A DNA stretch of 64,000 nt from an uncultured Clostridia bacterium (lineage in GTDB: Bacteria > Bacillota > Clostridia > TANB77 > CAG-508). A program made the translations under genes and the position numbers. The DNA is taken from assembly GCA_934153805.1 (NCBI GenBank), contig CAKPFO010000004.1:1554-65553 (forward strand), read 5' to 3'. A model generated the notes under the pieces. The model ran no database searches and had not been told where the DNA came from. It saw nothing but the letters and a program-made list of their open reading frames with translations. The stretch's first letter is position 1, and the number at the start of each line of letters is the position of its first letter. Positions 48,554 through 58,448 of the stretch are shown here, in pieces.

Positions 48554-51500
48554 ATGAACTATATCATTGAAGAACTTGCAAAGCTTGAAAAATTTAAGGA
48601 ATACGCTCAAAGTATAAATAAAAAAAATAGCCCGATAACAATATCGGGCTTATCTGACGTTGGGAAAATTCAAGTTGAAATAGCAACACATATTGAAACA
48701 AAAAGACCGGTATGCATTGTGACCTATAATGAGATTCAAGCCAAAAACATCATTAAAGACTTATCATATTTTACAAATGAGGTAGAATATTTCCCTAAAA
48801 GAGAAATTGTACCTTATGATTTTGTAGCAGAAAGTAAAGACTTGCCTTATGAGAGGATAGATGTATTAAATAAAATACAAGATGGAAAAGTGAAAATACT
48901 AGTAACAACAATAGAAGCTATTATGCAAAGCATGATTACTAAAAAATCGTTGTATCAAAATGTAGTAAATATAAAAGCAAATGATACATATAATCAAGAG
49001 CATTTAAAAGAAATGCTAGTACATTTGGGATACGAAAGAAATGATTTAGTAGAGGCTAGAGGTCAATTTAGTGTAAGAGGAGCCATTGTAGATGTTGCAA
49101 TTTCAGAAACTAAAGGTGTAAGGATTGAATTTTGGGGAGATGATATAGACTCAATAAGAGAATTTAATATATCTTCTCAACGTTCTACAACAATGCTAGA
49201 AGATGTAAAAATAAACCCTGCGCATGAGTTCGTTTTAGATGATACTTTAGAAAATATAATAGATAGAATACGAAAAGATAATTTAGAAAATGTGTCAGCA
49301 CAAGATATAGAGACTATACAAGAAGGTGGATATTTAAGCAAAGTAGATAAATATTTTAATAGCTTTTATACAACACAAAATACTTTAATAGATTATTTAG
49401 ATGATGATTTTATAATACTAGTAGATGAATATTCTAAAGTAAATCAAAGAAGAGAAAATATTATAATAGAAAATAATAATTTAATAAAATCACTTATTGA
49501 AAAAGAAAAATTTGTACCAGATTCTATAAAAAATATTAGCGAAAATAGTTTAAACATATCTAAACAAATTGTATATTTAGAAAAACAAGATGTAGGACTT
49601 GCAAACACGAGTAGTACCAAGTTTGTATTTAACTATAGAGATATAAACTATTTTAAAAGTGAAATAGAAATATTATTTGAAGATATAAAAGCAAGCTTAC
49701 AACAAAATAAAAAGATTATTGTACTTGCAGGAAACGAAGAAGAAGTAAATAAATTTGCAGCTTTATTAACTGAAAAAGAAATACCAAATGTAGCTTTAAC
49801 ACCAAGTATGAGCATGTCACAAAAAGGAAAACTGATAGAAAAAGATATATTACCACAAGGTCAAGTGGTAGTTGCATTAGGAAGATTGTCAGAAGGCTTT
49901 GAATGCTATGATGCAAACCTTATTGTAATTTCTGGAGAAGATTTATTTAGTCAAAATGTAAAGAAAAGAAGAAGACCAAGTAAAAGCTTTAAACAAGGAG
50001 AAAAAGTAGTATTTGCAGACTTAAAAGTAGGAGACTATGTAGTACATAAAAGTCATGGTATAGGACAGTTTGTGGGTGTAAATACTATTAAGGCAGATGG
50101 AGTTACTAAAGACTATATAAAAATAAGATACAAAGATGGAGATATGCTATATATTCCTACAAATGATTTAGATAGCGTTAGAAAATTTGTTGGAGATGGT
50201 GATGCAATTCCTAAAATCAATAAGTTAGGAAGCAAAGAGTGGGAAAATACAAAGGCAAAAGTAAAGAAAAATTTGCGAGAGGTTGCAAAAGAGTTAATTG
50301 AACTTTATGCAAAAAGACAAAAAGTTAAAGGTTTTGCTTTTTCACCAGATACACCTTGGCAAAAACAGTTTGAGGATAGTTTTCCATATTCAGAAACAGA
50401 TGACCAACTTCGTTGCATAGAAGAAACTAAAAAAGATATGGAACAAGCAAAACCAATGGATAGACTTCTTTGTGGAGATGTTGGTTATGGTAAAACAGAA
50501 GTTGCAATAAGAGCAGCTTTTAAGGCAGTTATGGACCACAAACAAGTTGCATATTTAGTACCAACAACAGTACTTGCAAGTCAGCAATACGAAGGCTTTA
50601 AAGCTAGAATGGAAGAGTTTGCAGTAAAAGTTGAACTATTAAATAGATTTAGAACTAAAAAGCAACAAGACGAAGTAATAAGAAAATTAAAATTAGGTGA
50701 AATAGATGTTGTAATAGGAACACATCGTTTGCTAAGTAAAGATGTAGAATTTAAAGACTTAGGTTTATTAATTATAGATGAAGAGCATCGTTTTGGGGTA
50801 AAAGATAAAGAAAAAATAAAACAATATAAAGCAGCTATAGATGTATTAACAATGACCGCAACACCAATCCCTAGAACGCTTCATATGTCTATAGTTGGTG
50901 TAAGAGATATGTCAGTTATATATGAACCACCTCAAAATAGAAAACCAGTTCAAACTTATGTACTTGAATATGACCAAGAGGTTATAAAAGAAGCAATAAC
51001 AAAAGAATTAGAAAGAGGGGGACAGGTATTTTATCTATTTAATAATGTAGAACAAATTGAAGCTAAAGCAATGCAAATTCAAAATTTAGTTCCAGAGGCT
51101 AAAACATCATTTGCACATGGAAGAATGACTGGTAAAGAAATTGAAGAAATAATGATGGAATTTATCAGTGGAAACACAAATGTATTAGTATGTACAACAA
51201 TTTTGGAATCTGGAATAGATATTCCAAATGCCAATACTATAATTGTAGAAAACGCAGATAGATTAGGATTAGCTCAGTTATATCAAATAAGAGGTAGAGT
51301 TGGTAGGTCAGATAAACAAGCCTATGCATATATTACATACAAAAGAGACAGACTATTAACAGAAGTTGCAGATAAAAGATTAAAAGCAATTAAAGAATTT
51401 ACAGAATTTGGCTCAGGCTTTAAAATAGCAATGCGTGACTTAGAGATAAGAGGTGCTGGAAGCATGTTAGGAGAAATTCAATCAGGACATATGGAGCAAG

Positions 51501-52033
51501 TAGGGTACGATACGTATTGTCAATTATTAGACGAAGTAGTAAAAGAGATGCAAGGAGAGCAAGTAGAAGAGCAACAAGACGTACAAATAGATTTGTCAGT
51601 TTCAAGTTACATACCAGACTCATATATAGACAATAGCAGTCAAAAGATAGAAATTTACCAAAATATTGCACTTTGCAGAACAGAAAAAGACATTCAAAAT
51701 GTAATAGATGAAATAATTGATAGATTTGGAGTTATGCCAAAAGAAGTAGAAAACTTAATTGAAATTGCAAGAATAAAACAATTAGCAAAAGAGGTTGGAG
51801 TAATAAAAATTTCAGCCAAAAAAGACGGAATTGTATTTATGTATGATAATAGTAAAGTTGACAACAACAAGATAATGAAGGTTTTAGATAAATATGCTTC
51901 AAAAGTGAGATTTTCTCCAGGAGTTCAAAACTACATAACTCTAAAAATAAATAAAGTTTCAGATAAGCAAATTTTGGAGGATGTTAAAGAATATTTGATG
52001 TCAAATTCTGTCGACGAAAACATTGAAAAATAA
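48554..52033 (+). CDS. mfd: transcription-repair coupling factor Mfd
   Basis: UvrB-homology N-terminus, CarD-like domain (GDYVVHKSHGIGQF), superfamily-2 helicase motifs (GDVGYGKTEVA, DEEHRFG) and a TRCF C-terminal domain. Confidence 0.95.
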   Translation: MNYIIEELAKLEKFKEYAQSINKKNSPITISGLSDVGKIQVEIATHIETKRPVCIVTYNEIQAKNIIKDLSYFTNEVEYFPKREIVPYDFVAESKDLPYERIDVLNKIQDGKVKILVTTIEAIMQSMITKKSLYQNVVNIKANDTYNQEHLKEMLVHLGYERNDLVEARGQFSVRGAIVDVAISETKGVRIEFWGDDIDSIREFNISSQRSTTMLEDVKINPAHEFVLDDTLENIIDRIRKDNLENVSAQDIETIQEGGYLSKVDKYFNSFYTTQNTLIDYLDDDFIILVDEYSKVNQRRENIIIENNNLIKSLIEKEKFVPDSIKNISENSLNISKQIVYLEKQDVGLANTSSTKFVFNYRDINYFKSEIEILFEDIKASLQQNKKIIVLAGNEEEVNKFAALLTEKEIPNVALTPSMSMSQKGKLIEKDILPQGQVVVALGRLSEGFECYDANLIVISGEDLFSQNVKKRRRPSKSFKQGEKVVFADLKVGDYVVHKSHGIGQFVGVNTIKADGVTKDYIKIRYKDGDMLYIPTNDLDSVRKFVGDGDAIPKINKLGSKEWENTKAKVKKNLREVAKELIELYAKRQKVKGFAFSPDTPWQKQFEDSFPYSETDDQLRCIEETKKDMEQAKPMDRLLCGDVGYGKTEVAIRAAFKAVMDHKQVAYLVPTTVLASQQYEGFKARMEEFAVKVELLNRFRTKKQQDEVIRKLKLGEIDVVIGTHRLLSKDVEFKDLGLLIIDEEHRFGVKDKEKIKQYKAAIDVLTMTATPIPRTLHMSIVGVRDMSVIYEPPQNRKPVQTYVLEYDQEVIKEAITKELERGGQVFYLFNNVEQIEAKAMQIQNLVPEAKTSFAHGRMTGKEIEEIMMEFISGNTNVLVCTTILESGIDIPNANTIIVENADRLGLAQLYQIRGRVGRSDKQAYAYITYKRDRLLTEVADKRLKAIKEFTEFGSGFKIAMRDLEIRGAGSMLGEIQSGHMEQVGYDTYCQLLDEVVKEMQGEQVEEQQDVQIDLSVSSYIPDSYIDNSSQKIEIYQNIALCRTEKDIQNVIDEIIDRFGVMPKEVENLIEIARIKQLAKEVGVIKISAKKDGIVFMYDNSKVDNNKIMKVLDKYASKVRFSPGVQNYITLKINKVSDKQILEDVKEYLMSNSVDENIEK

Positions 52034-52044
52034 AGCAATACTAC

Positions 52045-52073
52045 TTGATAAATACAAACAAATGTATTATAAT
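52045..52073 (+). promoter_or_regulatory. consensus-like sigma-A promoter driving the small hydrophobic ORF
   Basis: TTGATA, a 17-nt spacer, then TATAAT. Confidence 0.6.
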
Positions 52074-52143
52074 AAAACGAAATAAGGTTATACGTAAAAG
52101 TGTGGTTGTCATCTCTAGTCATAAATGATTGGGGGTGATGTGT

Positions 52144-52257
52144 ATGGAAATGTTACTAATAATATTAATAAACATTTTGATTTTTTACATAATAGCGATA
52201 GTTCCAATAGTAATCACCTTAATTATAGTTGTAAAACTATTTTTAAGAAATTTGTAA
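52144..52257 (+). CDS. 37-aa hydrophobic peptide (type I toxin-like), not in the ORF track
   Basis: ATG lies 5 nt after GGGGGTGA. Product MEMLLIILINILIFYIIAIVPIVITLIIVVKLFLRNL has a single TM helix with a basic C-terminus. Confidence 0.5.
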   Translation: MEMLLIILINILIFYIIAIVPIVITLIIVVKLFLRNL

Positions 52258-52272
52258 TTTTTAATAAATTAT

Positions 52273-52311
52273 AAAACCACACCTTTTTAATTGCACCCTT
52301 GGTGTGGTTTT
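52273..52311. terminator. bidirectional intrinsic terminator after the small ORF
   Basis: Hairpin AAAACCACACC / GGTGTGGTTTT. Confidence 0.7.
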
Positions 52312-52432
52312 ATACCATACTGAGATGGCAGCCACATTTTCTATGTGGTACCTTATTTCTTAATTAATTATATTATAACACAATATAAAAAAATGTAAAG
52401 CGATATATTAAATTTTAAGGAGTTATAAAATA

Positions 52433-53221
52433 ATGCAAGTTATAACAAGTAAAGATAACGAAATTGTAAAGAATATAAAAAAGTTAAAAGAAAAAAAGTA
52501 TAGAGACCAGACAGGTCAATATATAATAGAAGGTATAAAGCTAGTAAAAGAGGCTATAGAAGAAAAAGCTAATATACAAAAAATAGTACTTTGCGAAGAT
52601 TGCGAAAATGATGGAACTATAGAAAAGGCTTTAATGTATGAAATAGCAAAATATGATTGTATATATGTTTCTAAAAAAGTATTTGATAGCATAACAGATG
52701 TAAATACACCACAAGGAATACTAGCTATAATAAAAAGAAAAGCGTTAGATGAACAAGAAATATCATATAAGGAAGACCTTATAGTTGTTTTAGATGGAAT
52801 ACAAGATCCAGGAAATTTAGGAACAATATTAAGGACTGTAGATAGTGTTGGGCTAAGTCAAATAGTATTGTCAGAAAAAACAGCAGACCCTTATAATCCA
52901 AAGGTAGTTCGTTCGACAATGGGAGCAATATTTAGATTAAATATTATCCAAAGTAATAATATAATAGAAGATTTAAAAAAGATAAAGAAAAATAGATTTA
53001 AGTTATTAGCAACATCACTAGAAAATAGTGAAAGTATATACAATATAGATTTAAATAGAAAAGCAATAATAATAGGCAATGAGGCAAAAGGAGTGTCTAA
53101 AGAGGTATTTGACATTGTTGATGAAAAAACAAAAATACCAATGCTAGGAAAGACAGAAAGTTTAAATGCAGCTGTAGCAACAGGTGTTATATTGTATGAA
53201 TATGTAAGAAGAAAAGTGTAG
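52433..53221 (+). CDS. TrmH/SpoU-family RNA 2'-O-methyltransferase (RlmB/YsgA-like)
   Basis: SpoU motifs LDGIQDPGNLGTILRT, IIGNEAKGVS and ESLNAAVATGVILYE. Confidence 0.85.
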   Translation: MQVITSKDNEIVKNIKKLKEKKYRDQTGQYIIEGIKLVKEAIEEKANIQKIVLCEDCENDGTIEKALMYEIAKYDCIYVSKKVFDSITDVNTPQGILAIIKRKALDEQEISYKEDLIVVLDGIQDPGNLGTILRTVDSVGLSQIVLSEKTADPYNPKVVRSTMGAIFRLNIIQSNNIIEDLKKIKKNRFKLLATSLENSESIYNIDLNRKAIIIGNEAKGVSKEVFDIVDEKTKIPMLGKTESLNAAVATGVILYEYVRRKV

Positions 53222-53386
53222 GGTAAAATACTAGATAATATTGAGGAATAAGATAATTTAGTACATTTTTTATCAGAAAAATGTATATAAACTTGAAAAT
53301 TATGTAAAATGATAGTATAATCATAGTATGATGACATTATCGTTTTTTATAGAAGCCTGTATTTTAATTAAAAAGGAGGAACAAGT

Positions 53387-53914
53387 GTGAATAAAGAAGA
53401 ATGTATAGCTGTTGAAGAATACGCAAAGGCCGTTAGAGCCAATTATGATGTGAAAGTCCCATTTTTCGAAAGTATTGATTATTTGCTTGAAAAATTAGGA
53501 GGTAATTTAGAAATCACTGAATTAGATTGTTTTGGTAGCAGTAAACTTTATCTTAGAACCGCAATATGGGAAGAACTATTTACAGTAAAAGTAAAGCCAT
53601 CAGTAAGCCGGGAGAAAAGAAATTATGAGATAGCAAAACAAATAGGTCATTTGTTTTTACATACGACATATGTAGATGCTATGACAGAAGAAAAGCCACT
53701 GTTAATTACCGATGATTTGTCAGACACAGTGAATGAGGCACAGGCTAATATATTTGCAGATACTTTAGTAATGCCACAGGATGAGTTTACAAAAGAGGTA
53801 AAACAAAATGTGCATGATGGTAGAGTAGATATGAAGAAGGTAGCTAAAAAATTTGGAGTAACTTATGACAGAGCACTTGTTAGAGCATCTAGATTAAATT
53901 TGATAGAATGGTAA
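53387..53914 (+). CDS. ImmA/IrrE-like (M78) domain protein with a degenerate metal-binding motif
   Basis: GTG start 6 nt after AAGGAGGA. The expected HExxH position reads AKQIGHLFLH. The gene contains an in-frame CGG read as Arg (VSREKR). Confidence 0.5.
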   Translation: MNKEECIAVEEYAKAVRANYDVKVPFFESIDYLLEKLGGNLEITELDCFGSSKLYLRTAIWEELFTVKVKPSVSREKRNYEIAKQIGHLFLHTTYVDAMTEEKPLLITDDLSDTVNEAQANIFADTLVMPQDEFTKEVKQNVHDGRVDMKKVAKKFGVTYDRALVRASRLNLIEW

Positions 53915-53945
53915 TTCATGACAGGTCTTTATAGGAGGCAATCAC

Positions 53946-54098
53946 ATGATAAAAATAGCAGATAAAGATAAAGACTATGTGTATGTGTATTCAGAAAATA
54001 CTAAAGAATTAGATAGCATAATTAACAATCTAAAAGTTGCGGCAAAAGTTACCTATTTGGGCTATCCAGCAGCGATTGTAAAAAAAGAAAAAAATTGA
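53946..54098 (+). CDS. hypothetical 50-aa protein, apparently co-transcribed with the ImmA-like gene
   Basis: ATG lies 7 nt after AGGAGG and 32 nt after the upstream stop. Not in the ORF track. Confidence 0.4.
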   Translation: MIKIADKDKDYVYVYSENTKELDSIINNLKVAAKVTYLGYPAAIVKKEKN

Positions 54099-54405
54099 GT
54101 TTTGTAGAGTCAAAAATCAGTTTTTTCTAAGAAAATTGAATAACAAAATGTAATAAAAAAACTAGTGATTTTTAATAATTCACTAGTTTTTTTATTTTAG
54201 GAAAGTTATTATAACTTTCTGTAAAATATAAATATGACAGAATTAAGATTTTGTAGCAATTTACACTGTGTACAAAATCTTAATTCTGTTTCTTTTATAA
54301 TAAATATATAAAATTTAAAATCCATATTATATTAAAAAATATATAAGTAAGAAAAATTTTTGCTGAACCATAGACTAATAGAATAATTAATCTATTATAG
54401 ATTAA

Positions 54406-55797
54406 TTAGAATTCACAATTCTTTGGAGTTCTAGGGAAAGGAATAACGTCACGAATATTTTGCATTCCAGTTAAATACATCATCATTCTTTCAAAACCTA
54501 ATCCAAAGCCTGAGTGCTCACTACTACCAAATCTACGTAAATCTAAGTACCACCAGTAGTCTTCTTCTTTTAATCCAAGCTCTTTAATTCTTGCTCTTAA
54601 TTTATCTATATCATCTTCTCTTTGGCTACCACCAATTAACTCACCAATTCCAGGAACTAAAAGGTCTGTAGCAGCTACTGTTTTTCCATCAGGGTTTTGT
54701 TTCATATAGAATGCTTTTATTTCTTTTGGATAATCTGTAACAAATACAGGCTTTCCAAATACTACCTCGCTTAAATATCTTTCATGTTCTGTTTGGATGT
54801 CAGTACCCCAAGTAACTTTATATTCAAATTTGTCATTATTTTTCTCTAATTCTTTTATTGCATCTGTATATGTAATTCTACCAAAGTCTGAATTAATAAC
54901 ATGTGTTAATCTTTCGATTAATCCAGGGCTTATAAACTTATCGAAGAATTCCATTTCTTCAGGAGCATTTTCCAATACATAAGAAATGATATATTTTATC
55001 ATATCTTCTGCTAAGTTCATGTCATCTTCCAAGTTTGCAAAACATATTTCTGGTTCAATCATCCAAAATTCTGCAGCATGTTTTACAGTATTTGAGTTTT
55101 CAGCTCTAAAAGTAGGACCAAAAGTATACACATTTCTAAATGCAAAAGCATAATTTTCTACGTCTAATTGACCACTTACAGTTAAGTGAGTATTTTTACC
55201 AAAAAAGTCTTTTGAATAGTCTACACTACCATCTTCTAGTTTTGGAATATTGTTAAAGTCAAAAGTTGAAACAGTGAACATTTCACCAGCACCCTCACAA
55301 TCACTAGAAGTTATAAGAGGAGTATGTACATAAACAAAACCTCTTTCTTGGAAGAATTTATGTATTGCATAAGATAAAACGCTACGTACTCTAAATACTG
55401 CATTAAAAGTATTTGTCCTAGGACGTAAGTAACTAATTGTTCTTAAATATTCAAAAGTGTGTCTCTTTTTTTGAAGAGGATAATCACTATCAGCAATATC
55501 AAATATTTCTATGCTAGAAGCTTTTATTTCAAAAGGTTGTTTAGCATTTTCTGTTTTTACAACTGTTCCTGTTACTATAATAGAAGAACTAATGCTCAAT
55601 TTACAAATTTCTGCAAAGTTAGAAAGTTTGTCATCAAAAACAATTTGCACATTTTTAAAAAATGAACCATCATTTAATTCAATAAAACCAAATGTTTTAG
55701 AATCTCTAACAGTTTTTACCCAACCAGAAATTTGAACTTCTTTTTCTACATAATTATCTGTGTTTCTGTATAAATCTTTAACTAAAGTATTTTTCAT
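54406..55797 (-). CDS. asnS: asparaginyl-tRNA synthetase
   Basis: Class IIb aaRS of AsnRS length with [21 protein letters not shown] and GFGLGFERM motifs. ATG at 55797 follows AAGGAGG. The tracked start at 55851 is unlikely. Confidence 0.9.
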   Translation of the reverse strand: MKNTLVKDLYRNTDNYVEKEVQISGWVKTVRDSKTFGFIELNDGSFFKNVQIVFDDKLSNFAEICKLSISSSIIVTGTVVKTENAKQPFEIKASSIEIFDIADSDYPLQKKRHTFEYLRTISYLRPRTNTFNAVFRVRSVLSYAIHKFFQERGFVYVHTPLITSSDCEGAGEMFTVSTFDFNNIPKLEDGSVDYSKDFFGKNTHLTVSGQLDVENYAFAFRNVYTFGPTFRAENSNTVKHAAEFWMIEPEICFANLEDDMNLAEDMIKYIISYVLENAPEEMEFFDKFISPGLIERLTHVINSDFGRITYTDAIKELEKNNDKFEYKVTWGTDIQTEHERYLSEVVFGKPVFVTDYPKEIKAFYMKQNPDGKTVAATDLLVPGIGELIGGSQREDDIDKLRARIKELGLKEEDYWWYLDLRRFGSSEHSGFGLGFERMMMYLTGMQNIRDVIPFPRTPKNCEF

Positions 55798-55923
55798 AAA
55801 GTATACCTCCTTATTTTGCAACATTATACACCTCTTTTTATGAGAAAACAAGTGCTACTTAGTTTTTTCATGTCTTTATCCTGTCAAAATATTGTTTTGC
55901 AATTTTACTATTTACAACTATGA

Positions 55924-55957
55924 CAAAAAAAGAACCCTATTGAGAGGGTTCTTTTTG
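55924..55957. terminator. bidirectional intrinsic terminator
   Basis: Hairpin AGAACCCT / AGGGTTCT flanked by A7 and T5 runs. Confidence 0.75.
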
Positions 55958-55969
55958 ATGAAAACTATA

Positions 55970-56230
55970 TTATATTAATTGAACTACCGTAAATATAATA
56001 CAAAACAAGCCGGCTGAATACAACAATGCTGAGTATCTCCAGTTTTTGCTACTGTGAATCTCTATACCAAAATTAATGGCAAAGGCTATTGTTGCTATAA
56101 CAGCCAATATTAACCGAATGGCTAATATGTAGGTGGTGCTTCCTGCAAATAGTAAGATAATGTACATTAAAAGCAGAACAGTTCCTACATTACTGCAAAT
56201 ATTACAAATGCTCCGTTTCTTTTCATCCAT
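55970..56230 (-). CDS. hypothetical small membrane protein (86 aa)
   Basis: AAGGAGG RBS and three predicted TM helices. It contains two in-frame CGG codons read as Arg (KKRS, AIRL). Confidence 0.5.
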   Translation of the reverse strand: MDEKKRSICNICSNVGTVLLLMYIILLFAGSTTYILAIRLILAVIATIAFAINFGIEIHSSKNWRYSALLYSAGLFCIIFTVVQLI

Positions 56231-56545
56231 ACTTAAGTCCTCCTTAATTTTATTGTTGCTTGTTACATATGTTAAACCAAAAAGTCAGAGGAAATTCCTC
56301 TCACTAATCAGTGAAAAGTAATACAAAATAGCTCTTATATACTTTATATTATACATCATTTAACATAAAATTACAAGTTTTGAGGGCTGAAAACAGGGTA
56401 AAGACAAAGATGGCAGAAATTAGATTTTATAAACTGTGAATTGCAACTTCAGCTTAAAAAATTTCTTAAGAAAATTTTAAAACACTATTATTTTTCTTAT
56501 TTATATGTTAAACTATTATTTAGTAAAAAAAATAGGGGAAAGAAC

Positions 56546-57619
56546 ATGCAAAAAAAAGGAAAGTTATTTAGAAATTTTATATTATTTATATTGCTTATAA
56601 TAGTAACATTTTCAGTATTATTAAATGGGGAAGACATTACACAAATATTAAACATATTAGGCTCGGTGAAATTACAATATGTGTTAATAGGCGTTCTGTG
56701 TATGGCAATATATATATCATTTGAGGCAATAAATATAGGAAGAACATTAAAAAAACTTAATGAAAAATCAAGTTTTATAAAAAATTTAAAATATGCATTA
56801 ATAGGATTTTTCTTTAGCGCTATAACACCAGCAGCAAGTGGTGGTCAACCAATGCAAGTATATTATATGTATAAAGATAATATTCAACCTTCAAATGCAA
56901 CACTAGCACTATTACTTAATTTAACTAGTATGCAAATTGTAACTATAGGTTTTGCACTAATTAGCTTATGCTTCAATTATCAATATTTGAACAGGGTATT
57001 ATTAATATGTTTTGTAATAGGAATTTTATTAAATTTAACAGCATTAGTATTGTTATTAGTTGCAATTATTTCAAAAAGGTTATCAAGATGGCTAATCAAT
57101 TTTGCTGTGAAAGTATTAAAATTTTTTGGAATTAGAAATATAGAAGGAAAAAAAGAAAAATTAGAGACACAATTAGAACAATATCAAGAAAGTGCGATAT
57201 ATATAAAGAAGAATAGAGGAATAATGTTAAAAACTCTACTTACAACATGTGTACAATTTTTAGCTTATTATAGTATTACATATTGGACTTACAAGGCATT
57301 AGGAATGAGTGGTGCAAATATTTTACAAATTACATCAATGCAATCAGTATTATATGCAACAGTTTCTGGTATACCTTCACCAGGAGCTGTAGGAGTAACA
57401 GAAGGAGCCTTTACAGAAATATTTAGAAATATTTATCCGGGGGCAATGATGAGTAGTGCAATACTGTTAAATAGAGGAATAAATTTCTATTTATTTGTAA
57501 TATTTAGTGGAATTATAACAATAGTAAATCATATAAAAAGTGATTATACCTGTGAAGAAAAAAACGATATGCAAGAAAAGACTATAGATGAAAAGATGGA
57601 AGAGCCTACAGATAAGTAG
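56546..57619 (+). CDS. UPF0104 / lysylphosphatidylglycerol-synthase-TM-region-like flippase-type membrane protein
   Basis: Polytopic membrane protein with ITPAASGGQPMQ and GAVGVTEGAF motifs. ATG at 56546 follows AGGGGAAAG. Confidence 0.6.
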   Translation: MQKKGKLFRNFILFILLIIVTFSVLLNGEDITQILNILGSVKLQYVLIGVLCMAIYISFEAINIGRTLKKLNEKSSFIKNLKYALIGFFFSAITPAASGGQPMQVYYMYKDNIQPSNATLALLLNLTSMQIVTIGFALISLCFNYQYLNRVLLICFVIGILLNLTALVLLLVAIISKRLSRWLINFAVKVLKFFGIRNIEGKKEKLETQLEQYQESAIYIKKNRGIMLKTLLTTCVQFLAYYSITYWTYKALGMSGANILQITSMQSVLYATVSGIPSPGAVGVTEGAFTEIFRNIYPGAMMSSAILLNRGINFYLFVIFSGIITIVNHIKSDYTCEEKNDMQEKTIDEKMEEPTDK

Positions 57620-57868
57620 CCTCTTTTTTCTATATAAGTATTTTGTGCTAAAGCTTTTGGGACAAAATATGCTTTATTATTTTGTAATATTATGAGCCTA
57701 ACTTTATGAAACTCCACTGTTAGTGTAAAATTATAGTAGACAAAAATGTTACAAGTTGAATTTACATAAATTGACTTTAAGCCTAAAATTTGCTATAATA
57801 ATGTTAGATATCGGTATATTATTTTTTTACTATAGTTAGTAATAAAAAGAAAGAGAGGAATAAAAAGT

Positions 57869-58348
57869 ATGAACAACTATAAGGTAAAATTCAAGAAAAA
57901 AGAACGGTCAGAGGCAAAGAAGGATTTAATCTTCTATGTAGTTTGCATGTGTATTACAGTAATAGCAGGGATAATCCTTACTCATAACTTGTTAAACCCA
58001 TATAAGTACAACCAAATACAGGATGTACAGCAATATGTGTACAATAACATAAGCCAAGGCAAAAATGAAGATGATGTTGTAATAGATGGTGACACGGTAT
58101 GTAGAATGGAAAAAGAAAATAACTTAGTAACCTATTATTACAATGGAAGGATTAGAACTCTTGTATATGAAATTGATAGTAATGGAAATATACAGTACAA
58201 GGGATTAGGAACTAATCTAAAAATAACAGCTGATTTACTTGTAAGTATATTTGTATGGGGAATTGCAATTATATTTGCATTTGATTTGCCAGAACAGATT
58301 AGAAAGTATACAGACGAATTATACCTCGAAAAGAAGCTCCACAAATAG
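57869..58348 (+). CDS. hypothetical two-TM membrane protein
   Basis: RBS AGAGAGGA. It contains an in-frame CGG read as Arg (KKERSE). Confidence 0.45.
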   Translation: MNNYKVKFKKKERSEAKKDLIFYVVCMCITVIAGIILTHNLLNPYKYNQIQDVQQYVYNNISQGKNEDDVVIDGDTVCRMEKENNLVTYYYNGRIRTLVYEIDSNGNIQYKGLGTNLKITADLLVSIFVWGIAIIFAFDLPEQIRKYTDELYLEKKLHK

Positions 58349-58448
58349 GGAGCTTCTTTTTAGATGTGAAAATAAATAAAAAAGTCTAGACATATAAGCA
58401 AATACAGAGTATAATATTTAAAGAAAAAATGGGAAAGAAGGAAACTAT

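Noticed and set aside
54237-54290. A 19-bp-stem hairpin downstream of asnS with partial similarity (about 22 of 27 nt) to 61901..61930 downstream of the deacetylase gene, as a possible third repeat family.
   Set aside because: There are only two short, imperfect matches in AT-rich DNA. That is too weak to call a family without a genome-wide count. The hairpin itself is probably just a terminator.
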